This document shows, in pieces, positions 12,146 through 24,599 of a stretch of DNA of 64,000 nt; within the stretch, counting starts at the first letter, position 1, and each line of letters starts with the position of its first letter. Position numbers and translations under genes: made by a program. Where the stretch lies: contig NIVC01002769.1 in NCBI GenBank assembly GCA_002269645.1, positions 1-64,000 on the forward strand, read 5' to 3'. The notes under the pieces were generated by a model, which was given only the letters and a program-made list of their open reading frames with translations, ran no database searches and was not told the DNA's origin. Source of the DNA: Macrostomum lignano. Its lineage: Eukaryota.

Positions 12146-12931
12146 TTGCAGTCTGATATCTCTTATCTTGATTTGATATCTCTAATCTCTGTCTAAGGCC
12201 TCTCATCTCAGTTTCAGATCTCATCTCAGTCTCTCTTTCTCTTATCTCTTATCTCTCTGGCCTTTCCCATGTTTTAATCTCTACATTTTAGCCAATTTAT
12301 AGCTGTGCATTTGCCAAATGCCCGTTTGTTAAACTTACACTTCCTAAACTAAATTGAATTTTATTTTATTAACACCGCATTTGGATGTCTTATAGTAGTG
12401 GCAGCTGAATATGATTTTTAAAAAGTCAGTTTTTTATAAGCTAGTTCAACAATATTTTTTATATTCGGTCTTTGTATTTTTCTAGGGCATTTATTATAAT
12501 AAAATAAATAATGTTTCATATATATATATATATACACAAAAGTAAAATGTTCTCCATTTTCATGTCTATCAAACTTTTTGACACAAATTTTCAAGCATCA
12601 ATCGCTGTAAATATATACGTCTATTGAAAAAAAGCAACATTAAATCCACTATATTACTTGCAATAATCCGTGTTCTTTACTCTATGTTTTTAGAAAATTA
12701 ATATGAAAAACAAAAATACGAATAAAGTAGTTGAATGTTTCTTTAAGGAATTGCATCGCCCGTGTACATATCGAACACAATCTAAATGGTGATCAAGTGT
12801 TAGTTTTAATTTAAGCAATTTTTAAGTGGATTTTTATCATTTAGAATTGTTACTTTATCTAATTATATTACTGTTATGAGTAGCATGTTGATCACTCGGC
12901 AGTTTAATATTGTTTGTTAGTCAGAAAAAAG

Positions 12932-15156
12932 TCAACGGAATCCTCGTTTGGTGCCGCGCTGCTCGTCCCACTTCATAGCCAGCCGGTACACCGGGGCGCT
13001 CAGGAATAAATTTATATTGGCCATCACCCAGAACCAGAAGCTGAATGCCGGGTAGCCTCCTTGATAGTCCGACCAGATGATGTACAGAATCCAGGTGATG
13101 AGGAACAGTACACCTGACACGATTAGCAGGATCACGACCGACCACATGACTCGAACGTTGAGTTTAACTCTTGGAGTGCACAGCTCTACTAGGACAATGA
13201 TTATCACGACCAGGACTACCAGCAGGGACAGGACAGCAAATATCAGCACCGCCAATGGGAATGCTGCGGATTGATTGCAATTATTTATTTGCGGTTGCTC
13301 TTCATCATTATTATTAAGCTGCAAGCAATAAAAATTGAATATTTGGAGAGTCTACCAAACTAACCAGAATTCTTGGTAGAGTTTTACAAACTTTGGTTGT
13401 TAGTCTTCATTCTGAATATTCATGACGAAGACTACAAACTTCATCCTGAATATTCAGGACTAAGACTACAATCTTAATCCTGAATATTCATGACTAAGAC
13501 TACAAACTTCATCCTGAATATTCATGACTAAGACTACAAACTTCATCCTGAATATTCATGACTAAGACTACAAACTTCATCCTGAATATTCAGGACTAAG
13601 ACTACAAACTTCATCCTGAATATTCAGGACTAAGACTACAAACTTCATCCTGAATATTCATGACTAAGACTACAAACTTTATCCTGAATACTCAGGTCTG
13701 AGCCTGCAATCTTCACCCTGAATAATCAGGACTGAGCCTAAAATCTTTACCCTGAATAATCAGGACTGAGGCTGCAATCTTCACCCTGAATATTCAGGAC
13801 TGAGGCTACAATCTTCACCCTGAATAATCAGGACTGAGGCTACAATCTTCCCCTGAATAATCAGGACTGAGGCTACAATCTTCACCCTGAATAATCAGGA
13901 CTGAGGCTACAATCTTCACCCTGAATAATCAGGACTGAGGCTACAATCTTCACCCTGAATAATCAGGACTGAGGCTACAATCTTCACCCTGAATAATCAG
14001 GACTGAGGCTACAATCTTCACCCTGAATAATCAGGACTGAGGCTACAATCTTCACCCTGAATAATCAGGACTGAGGCTACAATCTTCACCCTGAATAATC
14101 AGGACTGAGGCTACAATCTTCACCCTGAATAATCAGGACTGAGGCTACAATCTTCACCCTGAATAATCAGGAGTGAGGCTACAATCTTCACCCTGAATAT
14201 TCAGGACTGAGGCTACAATCTTCACCCTGAATATTCAGGACTAAGACTACAAACTTCATTCTGAATATTCATGACTAAGACTACAAACTTCATCCTGAAT
14301 ACTCAGGTCTGAGCCTGCAATCTTCACCCTGAATAATCAGGACTGAGCCTAAAATCTTTACCCTGAATAACCAGGACTGAGGCTGCAATCTTCACCCTGA
14401 ATATTCAGGAGTGAGGCTACAATCTTCACCCTGAATAATCAGGACTGAGGCTACAATCTTCACCCTGAATAATCAGGACTGAGGCTACAATCTTCACCCT
14501 GAATAATCAGGACTGAGGCTACAATCTTCACCCTGAATAATCAGGACTGAGGCTACAATCTTCACCCTGAATAATCAGGACTGAGGCTACAATCTTCACC
14601 CTGAATAATCAGGACTGAGGCTACAATCTTCACCCTGAATAATCAGGACTGAGGCTACAATCTTCACCCTGAATAATCAGGACTGAGGCTACAATCTTCA
14701 CCCTGAATAATCAGGACTGAGGCTACAATCTTCACCCTGAATAATCAGGACTGAGGCTACAATCTTCACCCTGAATAATCAGGACTGAGGCTACAATCTT
14801 CACCCTGAATAATCAGGACTGAGGCTACAATCTTCACCCTGAATATTCAGGACTGAGCCTAAAATCTTTACCCTGAATAATCAGGACTGAGGCTGCAATC
14901 TTCACCCTGAATATTCAGGACTGAGGCTACAATCTTCACCCTGAATAATATGCTTGCTCACTAGCGCAGACTCACCGACGTAGCTGTGATAAGTCCACGG
15001 CATTCCCTGGTGCCACTTGCACGCAGAATTGGTGCTGCACTCTCCCATACGCCAGAAATTCATGATCAAGGATCCAATACCGGAGATCAAAGCGCTGACG
15101 CCGCCCATAAAAACCAACCAGCGAAGTATTTTAGCTTTTGTAGATCTGGCGCCCAT
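12932..15156 (-). CDS. PMP22/claudin-superfamily 4-TM protein, 170 aa; exons 15156-14976, 13263-12932
   Basis: MGARSTKAKILRWLVFMGG..., with NFWRMGEC...WHQGMPW resembling the claudin W-GLW loop. Phase-1 donor G|GTGAGT (14975) and acceptor TCCGCAG| (13264) give four hydrophobic segments. Family call from topology and motif only. Confidence 0.7.
13410..14948. repeat. Intronic minisatellite, 34-bp unit CCTGAATAATCAGGACTGAGGCTACAATCTTCAC
   Basis: About 45 copies in two variant blocks. Each unit contains the inverted repeat CCTGA-ATAA-TCAGG. Confidence 0.97.
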
Positions 15157-15654
15157 GGTTTCAGATTTGAGTCTGATTATACTGTATGTTTTGCTCAAAG
15201 TGTTGAGTTCTACTTTTTGTTACACATAGTGACTCTATCTAATGGCAGTGTTCTGAATAATATACGGTTTAAGCAAGGCGTGAGAATATTCTCACAAGAT
15301 TTTCACGGCGAACAACGCCCTGAAATCGTTTCGATTGTAAAACTATAAGTAAAATATGTTCCTGGCTTTACTACTGCTGATGGCCAACGAGTAGTGCTGT
15401 ACGAAAGAGTGTGCGTTGTAGCCTTTTTGTTGCGTAGATTTAAATTAATTACATGTATTTAAAACTTTCTTATGGGTTACAGAAGCTTCTGTTTGACACA
15501 TAATGGCAGGATTCGTCTGGAAATGACGCATTTTTTCCTGTTTATGGCAGTTTTTCTAAAAACGGCACTAAATCTGAAAACGCACATGGTACTCTTTCTC
15601 CGGAAACACTTCTGAAAATTGCACTTTCCGTTTGAAAATGACATGCGTTTTTCC

Positions 15655-16140
15655 GGAAATGGCATGCTTTTCAGGAAATGGCACTCTCTCTGGAAATGGC
15701 ACTCTTTTATGAAATGGCACTCTCTCTGAAAATGGCACTCTTTTTATGAAATGGCACTCTTTTAGGAATTGGCACTCTTTTAGGAATTGGCACTCTTTTA
15801 GGAATTGGCACTACTTTTAGGAAATGGCACTCTTTTATGAAATGGCACTCTCTCTGGCAATGGCACTCTTTTATGAAATGGCACTCTTTTAGGAAATGGC
15901 ACTTTTTTATGAACTGGCACTCTTTCATAAAATGGCACTCTTAGGAAATGGCACTCTTTCTGGAAAAGGCACTCTCTGGTAAATGCACTCTTTCTGGTAA
16001 ATGCACTCTTTTAGGAAATGGCACTCTCTGGAAATGGCATTCTTTCTTGAAATGGTACTCTCTGGAAATGGCACTCTTTCCAGCTAGATATGGCACTCTC
16101 TGGAAATGTCACTCTTTCCAGCTAGATATGGCACACTTTT
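15655..16140. repeat. Degenerate ~18-19-bp minisatellite (GAAATGGCACTCTTTTAG)
   Basis: Repeated ATGGCACTCT core between the divergent claudin-like and AKAP7-like genes. Confidence 0.85.
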
Positions 16141-16819
16141 CTAGAAGTAGCAAGCTGCTTTTTAAGATGATGCCGTAATCTTGTTAAGCCATTAATGAAG
16201 CCATTAACAAAGAAACGATTTTAGTAGTTTTTGCCTTTTTCAACGATACATATGAATCATTTGTACACACCTGTACTTTAATCTATAACCAGACAAGTTA
16301 TACATGTAGTATAGATGAATCCTATATATTATTCAAAATAGCTTCTACTAATATAACAATCTATTTTAGGATGCACTTTTTCAGTCTAGTCCGGAACGGC
16401 AGTGTATACATGTATAAAAAAAACCCATCACAATTTCTGCAGCTAAAATTGGCAAAAAGTTTTTATAAAGGCAAGATGCAGACTGAGGCTGAGGGCGAGG
16501 CCGAGCGCCCGTCGAGAGAGGTAAAGAGCTGACAGAGAAAATGCCTTACTATGTGCAATTTCCATCCATTTTATGCAGCTTGCAGAAATGGAAATGACTA
16601 TATAGAAGCTGTATAGAATGCAGTCTGTAAGAATGGTGGCCCCTAGCAACTGCCGGGGCCAGACGGGTTTGGGTAGAAAAGTTTCTCAGCGATAAGAAGG
16701 TGCAGCCCAGCTTAAATGCTTGCAAGCACACCTGGTTGCAGAAAGTTGCGTAGCTCTCAAACTGTACGAGTTCACAAGATCAAATCCAACAGGCAGTTTA
16801 ACTAATTAATTAATTAACA

Positions 16820-19800
16820 ATGCGAGAGACAACTCATATTATTTGCTTTCCAGTCAACAATCAACAGGTAATGTGTGGCAGTAGCTCACTTAAATTTGAG
16901 CTTTAATATTTAGAGCTTAATAAACTACTGAAACGCTACTTTTATAGACAGTGCAGTCACAACAGCTGTTTTTGTATATGTACGAGCGTATTGTATTTGT
17001 GATGTAACGTTCTATAGATTGTCACAACTACATGTATCATAGATGTTATTCTGTAGACTGTCACAGATATTACACTATAGAGATGCTATTCTGTAGACTC
17101 ATCACAGATATTACACTATAGAGATGTTATTCTGTAGACTGTCACAGATATTACACTATAGAGATGCTATTCTGTAGACTGTCACAGATATTACACTATA
17201 GAGATGCTATTCTGTAGACTGTCACAGATATTACACTATAGAGATGCTATTCTGTAGACTGTCACAGATATTACACTATAGAGATGTTATTCTGTAGACT
17301 GTCACAGATATTACACTATAGAGATGCTATTCTGTAGACTGTCATAGATATTACACTATAGAGATGCTATTCTGTAGACTGTCACAGATATTACACTATA
17401 GAGATGCTATTCTGTAGACTGTCACAGATATTACACTATAGAGATGTTTTTCTGTAGACTGTCACAGATATTACACTATAGAGATGTTATACTGTATACT
17501 GTCACAGATATTACACTATAGAGATGCTATTCTGTAGACTGTCACAGATATTACACTATAGAGATGCTATTCTGTATACTGTCATAGATATTACACTATA
17601 GAGATGCTATTCTGTAGACTCATCACTGATATTACACTATAGAGATGCTATTCTGTAGACTGTCACAGATATTACACTGTAGAGATGCTATTCTGTAGAC
17701 TGTCACAGATATTACACTATAGAGATGCTATTCTGTAGACTGTCATAGATATTACACTATAGAGATGCTATTCTGTAGACTGTCACAGATATTACACTAT
17801 AGAGATGCTATTCTGTAGACTGTCACAGATATTACACTATAGAGATGCTATTCTGTAGACTCATCACTGATATTACACTATAGAGATGCTATTCTGTAGA
17901 CTCATCACTGATATTACACTATAGAGATGCTATTCTGTAGACTGTCACAGATATTAAACTATAGAGATGCTATTCTGTAGACTCATCACAGATATTACAC
18001 TATAGAGATGCTATTCTGTAGACTCATCACTGATATTACACTATAGATGTTATTCTGTATACTGTCACAGATATTACACTATAGAGATGCTATTCTGTAG
18101 ACTGTCACAGATATTACACTATAGAGATGCTATTCTGTAGACTGTCATAGATATTACACTATAGAGATGCTATTCTGTAGACTGTCACAGATATTACACT
18201 ATAGAGATGCTATTCTGTAGACTGTCATAGATATTACACTATAGAGATGCTATTCTGTAGACTGTCACAGATATTACACTATAGAGATGCTATTCTGTAG
18301 ACTGTCACAGATATTACACTATAGAGATGCTATTCTGTAGACTGTCACAGATATTACACTATAGAGATGCTTTTCTGTAGACTGTCACAGATATTACACT
18401 ATAGAGATGCTATTCTGTAGACTGTCACAGATATTACACTATAGAGATGCTATTCTGTAGACTGTCACAGATATTACACTATAGAGATGCTATTCTGTAG
18501 ACTGTCACAGATATTACACTATAGAGATGCTATTCTGTAGACTGTCACAGATATTACACTATAGAGATGCTATTCTGTAGACTGTCACAGATATTACACT
18601 GTAGAGATGCTATTCTGTAGACTGTCACAGATATTACACTATAGAGATGCTATTCTGTAGACTGTCACAGATATTACACTATAGAGATGCTATTCTGTAG
18701 ACTGTCACAGATATTACACTATAGAGATGCTATTCTGTAGACTGTCATAGATATTACACTATAGAGATGCTATTCTGTAGACTGTCACAGATATTACACT
18801 ATAGAGATGCTATTCTGTAGACTGTCACAGATATTACACTATAGAGATGCTATTCTGTAGACTGTCACAGATATTACACTATAGAGATGCTATTCTGTAG
18901 ACTGTCATAGATATTACACTATAGAGATGCTATTCTGTAGACTGTCACAGATATTACACTATAGAGATGCTATTCTGTAGACTGTCACAGATATTACACT
19001 ATAGAGATGCTATTCTGTAGACTGTCACAGATATTACACTATAGAGATGCTATTCTGTAGACTGTCACAGATATTACACTATAGAAGACTCACAGGCATC
19101 CATAGCTAAGTCAGACAGTACAAGGTCTATCAAAAAATCTGCCAAAAAAACAATTATTCGATCCCACGAAACTGCAGATTGTGGACGCGATGCGCAAACT
19201 GCAGGAGACAATCTACACCAATGCGTTCTATCAGAAACACGATCTGCGCAAAGCCATGGTGGATCTGTACTCAACTCACCTGCTCGTAGCAAATCTGTGC
19301 ATTCGAACTGACGAGGAGATGGAAAAGTAATTATAATTGGTCACTTCCTGAACATCTTGTGACTACGTTGATCGCTTCAATATTTAATAGATCAGTAACG
19401 TCGGAATACATGTACATGAAATCACCCCTGAAGCTCCAACCTGAACCAAAATCGCTCCTGAAGCTCCCACCTGAACCAAAGTCGCCCCTGAAGCTCCCAC
19501 CTGAACCAAAGTTGCCCCTGAAGCTCCAACCTAAACCAAAGTCGCCCCTGAAGCTCCAAACCGAACCAAAATCGGTCCTGAAGCTCCAACCTGAATCAAA
19601 ATCGCCCTTTGAAGCTCCAACCTGAACCAAAATCGCTCCTGAAGCTCCAACCTGAACCAAATCACCACTGAAGCTCAAATCTGAAGCAAAATCCCCCCTG
19701 AATAAAAATCGCCCCTGAAGCTCCCACATGAATCAAAATCGCCCCTGAAGCTCCAACCTGAACCAAAATCGCCCCTGAAGCTCCAACCTGAGCCAAAATC

Positions 19801-22800
19801 GCCCCTGAAGCTCCAACCTGAGCCAAAATGGCCCCTGAAGCTCCAACCTGAACCAAAATCGCCCCTGAAGCTCCAACCTGAGCCAAAATCGCCCCTGAAG
19901 CTCCAACCTGAACCAAAATCGCCCCTGAAGCTCCAACCTGAGCCAAAATCGTCCCTGAAGCTCCAACCTGAACCAAAATCGCCCCTGAAGCTCCAACCTG
20001 AGCCAAAATCGCCCCTGAAGCTCCAACCTGAACCAAAATCGCCCCTGAAGCTCCAACCTGAACCAAAATCGCCCCTGAAGCTCCAACCTGAGCCAAAATC
20101 ACCCCTGAAGCTCCAACCTGAACCAAAATCGCCCCTGAAGCTCCAACCTGAACCAAAATCGCCCCTGAAGCTCCAACCTGAGCCAAAATCGCCCCTGAAG
20201 CTCCAACCTGAACCAAAATCGCCCCTGAAGCTCCAACCTGAACCAAAATCGCTCCTGAAGCTCCAACCTGAGCCAAAATCGCCCCTGAAGCTCCAACCTG
20301 AACCAAAATCGCCCCTGAAGCTCCAACCTGAACCAAAATCGCTCCTGAAGCTCCAACCTGAACCAAAATCGCCCCTGAAGCTCCAACCTGAACCAAAATC
20401 GCCCCTGAAGCTCCAACCTGAACCAAAATCGCCCCTGAAGCTCTAACCTGAACCAAAATCGCCCCTGAAGCTCCAACCTGAACCAAAATCGCCCCTGAAG
20501 CTCCCACCTGAACCAAAATCGCCCCTGAAGCTCCCACCTGAACCAAAATCGCCCCTGAAGCTCCAACCTGAACCAAAATCGCTCCTGAAGCTCCAATCTG
20601 AACCAAAATCGCCCCTGAAGCTCCAACCTGAACCAAAATCGCCCCTGAAGCTCCAACCTGAGCCAAAATCGCCCCTGAAGCTCCAACCTGAACCAAAATC
20701 GCCCCTGAAGCTCCAACCTGAACCAAAATCGCTCCTGAAGCTCCAACCTGAACCAAAATCGCCCCTGAAGCTCCAACCTGAGCCAAAATCGCCCCTGAAG
20801 CTCCAACCTGAACCAAAATCGCCCCTGAAGCTCTAACCTGAACCAAAATCGCCCCTGAAGCTCCAACCTGAACCAAAATCGCCCCTGAAGCTCCAACCTG
20901 AACCAAAATCGCCCCTGAAGCTCCAACCTGAACCAAAATCGCCCCTGAAGCTCCAACCTGAGCCAAAATCGCCCCTGAAGCTCAGACCTCAAAAAACCGC
21001 CTCTCTATTGCGTCTGATGTCATTCGTGTGTTGCTCCATAAAAAGCGCCCATTCTTCCTCAGGGTGAAGCACATCCTCGATCTCTACCACGACAAAATCA
21101 GCCGTTTAGTACAAGACGGCCTCGTGCTGACCTTCCAAGGACTCGGACTGCTGAACGAGACGGAACTGTACATGCAGGTGTTCAACGATGACGCTCTGCG
21201 AACTCTCAAAGATGTGTCTAGTTAGTATCGATCATTATAATTAAACATTGGAGCTACCTGTTATATAATTATCTAATTAGGTACCTGTTATATAATTATC
21301 ACTTTCATATTTCAGCCACAATTCGAAGCGCCCTGATGGCGTCCGGGGTCCACGTGCTGCCGCAGAAAAGCTTCGTTGGCCAGATCACGGTGTTCAAGTA
21401 TAACGAAGATCAGGTTGCGAGTGAGTGCATAGGGCTGAGGATTCGGGCCCAGGTTTACAGCTGAGACTAACTGGTGCCCACAAAATCTAACAGCTGACAA
21501 CCAAAATCTAACAGCTGACAACCAAAATCTAACAGCTGACAACCAAAATCTAACAGGTGACCACTAAAATCTAACAGATGACAACCAAAATCTAACAGGT
21601 GACAACCAAAATCTAACAGGTGTCAACCAAAATCTAACAGGTGACAACCAAATTCTAACAGGTGACAATCAAAATCTAACAGGTGTCAACCAAAATCTAA
21701 CAGGTGACAACCAAATTCTAACAGGTGACAATCAAAATCTAACAGGTGTCAATCAAAATCTAACAGGTGACAATCAAAACCTAACAGAAAGCTTAATATC
21801 AACATTTGAATGTGATTTCAATTTCTAACAACTTCAACGCGTTTCGCACGATTTTATTAGAACGATTTGAGAAATTGAGATTGAAAGCGATTGATTAAAT
21901 ATTGGTTTTGCAACGTACACAGGTAAGGAGGGTAAGAATGAAAACAATTGATTACAACTTGGCTTTAACAACATACATAGGTATAGTAGGTAGGAGAGAG
22001 AATTATAGATTGAGATTGAAAGTTAAACCAAATGTACACAATTCTTGTCCAGTGGTCAAAAGGCAGAATCAGGGGCGGTAGCTAGCTTAGGTAATTGAAC
22101 GTCAAGCTAAGTGTACACAGCGTGCACGACTGTGTCACTCACTGTTCAGAAAACGCGGAGAACGTGACCTGCACCACTGCTCAATTTCTCAAATCGTTCT
22201 AATAAAATCCTGACGATGCACCATGGCGTGCGAAACGCGTTGAAGTTGTTAGAAATTGAAATCACATTCAAATGTTGATATTAAGCTTTCTATTTATTCT
22301 TCTCGCCAAGCGAGCGACTCTACCAGCAAAACCTAACAGGTGACAACCAAAATCTAACTGGTGTCAACCAAAATCTAACAGGTGACAACCAAAATCTAAC
22401 AGGTGACAACCAAAATCTGACAGGTGTCAACTAAAATCTAACAGGTGTCAACCAAAATCTAACAGGTGACAAAAAACTCAAAATTCCCAGGAGGCCTGAA
22501 AATCCAAGACGATCTGTGGATGCCGCTGATGTACAGCCAGTTTGGCCAGCAACCAGTGCGCTGCCTGCAGCTCTGCAACATCCACGACAAGCCGCGGTGG
22601 AGCTACTACAGGGTCGAGTGGCAGAGGTCGCTGGAGGTGAGCCAACTTGATCAGTTTTGGATAAGATTTTGTAAGATTTTGATTAATTTGCGATGAGATT
22701 TTGTAGGATTTTGATCGATTTGACATGATATTTTGTAAGATTCTAATCGTTTTGAGATGAGATTTTGTAAGATTTTGATCGATTTGAGATGAGATTTTGT

Positions 22801-23040
22801 AAGATTTTGATCGATTTGAGGTGAGATTTTGTAGGGTTTTGATTGATTTGAGATGAGATTTTGATCGATTTGAGATGAGATTTTGAAGCATTTTGATCAA
22901 TTTGAGATCAGATTTTGTAGGACTTCCATCGATTTGAGATGAGATTTTGCAGGGTTTTGATCCCACATCGAGTTATGAACCCACACCGAGAATCAATAAA
23001 CTTCTGCTTTTCGCAGGCACGCCAAGACAAGCGAGCATAA
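16820..23040 (+). CDS. AKAP7: AKAP7-like 2H-phosphoesterase (2',5'-PDE fold) protein, 209 aa; exons 16820-16867, 19178-19326, 21063-21220, 21316-21420, 22491-22636, 23017-23040
   Basis: Six exons join with phases 0,2,1,1,0: MRETTHIICFPVNNQQIVDAMRKLQETI...DLRKAMVDLYSTHLLVANL...LTFQGLGLL...QKSFVGQITVFK...FGQQPVRCLQLCNIHDKPRWSYY. This is collinear with the recalled AKAP7 domain (PNYFLSIPITN...KAMV..FHITLLV...FKPHLTFMK...FG.E....IDLCSM...GYY). Orthology versus LENG9/ASCC1 was not tested. Confidence 0.8.
17040..19084. repeat. Intronic minisatellite, 40-bp unit ATAGAGATGCTATTCTGTAGACTGTCACAGATATTACACT
   Basis: About 51 highly similar copies in intron 1 of the AKAP7-like gene. Confidence 0.97.
19424..20985. 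repeat. Intronic minisatellite, 30-bp unit GCCCCTGAAGCTCCAACCTGAACCAAAATC
   Basis: About 52 copies in intron 2. Source of the spurious 434/297/117-aa ORFs. Confidence 0.97.
21480..22470. repeat. Intronic minisatellite, 21-bp unit CCAAAATCTAACAGGTGACAA, split by a foldback insertion
   Basis: Blocks at ~21480-21785 and ~22328-22470 in intron 4. Confidence 0.92.
21786..22291. mobile_element. Non-autonomous foldback/MITE, ~506 bp, ~95-bp terminal inverted repeats
   Basis: AGAAAGCTTAATATCAACATTTGAATGTGATTTCAATTTCTAACAACTTCAACGCGTTTCGCAC at the left end is the exact reverse complement of the right end. The next 30 bp also pair after an ~18-bp indel in the right arm. No TSD seen. Confidence 0.8.
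22660..22960. repeat. Degenerate ~32-bp intronic minisatellite (GATGAGATTTTGTAAGATTTTGATCGATTTGA)
   Basis: About 9 copies in intron 5 of the AKAP7-like gene. Confidence 0.85.
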
Positions 23041-24233
23041 GACCACACCTCAACGCTGTCAATATCGATTAAGTAAGGCTACAAAGACGGTACAGTACTA
23101 CACAATGCCGTTATCTCATGCTTATACAATATTTTACAGACAATTGTTGTAAGTCTTTTGTGTATTATTATTTAAATAAAAAATAAAAATAAAGTCGGTT
23201 TAAATGGATTACAGTTTGTTTCAATTTATATTTTTAGAACAGGTCAGTCAGAGATCTGTACGCAATGTTAGATACGTTTTTTTGCAACATTTATTTGTAA
23301 ATAAATACTAAAATAATCTGCATAGGTTTTAAGTGATACATAGGCAAAAATCATATAGTACTTTTTAATTTGTAAGTACATTTGAGGGAGAAAAGGCTAC
23401 GATACTACTTGAATATAGTAAGTAGGCTATAAGCAAATTTCGGTAAAATTTACAACCAAATAAACCGCTTGTTAACGAAGGGATTGAAAATTGATTATAA
23501 GATTATAATTGAAGCAAAGATTATTTGAGGTAGGGGGCACAGCAAACTTACATACCTGGCATAAGTACACTGAATAAAGAATATTTTGACCATAGAAATT
23601 TGGTAAACTGCCATTCATGAACAATCCAACGGGTGACAACCTTCAATAAATTACAGATTATAAAAATTACACAAATTATAACAAAACATGCAGGCCGAAA
23701 TTCGAACAGGGAGACAGAAAAAAACAAATTCAACAACAAATCTTTGGCGCAGTTTTTTGTTATGAAGGCAAAAATTGAGAAAAAGAAACAAAAAACGCAA
23801 TTCTTTTATTAATCAAGTTTCACTATTTAGAAGCCAAGTTAAACAATAAACAATCTGATAAACAGAAAAGCTCAATAGAAGAAAATTGTGACTGAGAAAT
23901 TATATTGTTTGATTGCATATTCCAATATTTGCACGAATTGTTAATTGCATTTGTTATAGTTGCAGAATTCATATTCAAAAAGATATTATATATATACACA
24001 AAGATGGCCTATAATTAGAAAAGAAAATTATTAATCATTTATCGATTGACTCAAGGCTGCTTTGGTGCTGATGCAAGTGCAATCGGTGATAAATAATAGT
24101 TTGCAATCTGCAATTCACGACGCCAGCATTCAATATGTTCAGCTGTTTACACAAGTTATAGACTTGAACACTTATACAATAGTTTAAGAAAGTTGAATAT
24201 TACAAAGCACTTTTATGGATCTAAACATTTATC

Positions 24234-24455
24234 CTGAAAGGTCGGGGGTTCGATTCTCGACCCACTCGGAACAATCTGTGTCCTTGAGAGCAAGACACTT
24301 TAACTCTGCATTGCTTCAGTTCATCCAGCTGTAAAATGGGTGCCAGCATTAGCTGGGGTAATTGAGGCTGTGTGTGGCGACCCCCCAGTCCTTGTCAATA
24401 GCTGCGGCTGAGCTGTCACATCTGCCTATTAGGGCAGGTGAAATCAATTATTATT
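24234..24455 (+). mobile_element. 5'-truncated tRNA-derived CORE-type SINE (copy 1 of 3)
   Basis: B box GGTTCGATTCT followed by TGTGTCCTTGAGAGCAAGACACTTTAACTCTGCATTGCTTCAGTTCATCCAGCTGTAAAATGGG, similar to the MIR CORE domain. Near-identical to 40429-40712. Confidence 0.8.
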
Positions 24456-24599
24456 AGTCTAAAAAGAAACAAATCAACGAAATTCCTAAAAGTTAGACAA
24501 AAAAATGAATACATCAATCAGATCGCGGACCATTGGTGCTGTTTTGAGTCTCTATCAATCTATCGTCTGTCAATCAATCAATCCAATCGAGGCCAATAT

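Noticed and set aside
16476-16800. Possible upstream exon of the AKAP7-like gene (MQTEAEGEAERPSRE|GTAAAG) and nearby GC-rich frames
   Set aside because: No compatible in-frame acceptor before ATG 16820, and all frames hit stops. May be 5' UTR.
19662-20992. 434-, 297- and 117-aa ORFs (AILVQVGASG / RLELQGRFWF repeats)
   Set aside because: Translations of a stop-free 30-bp minisatellite, antisense within an AKAP7-like intron, with no unique coding flanks.
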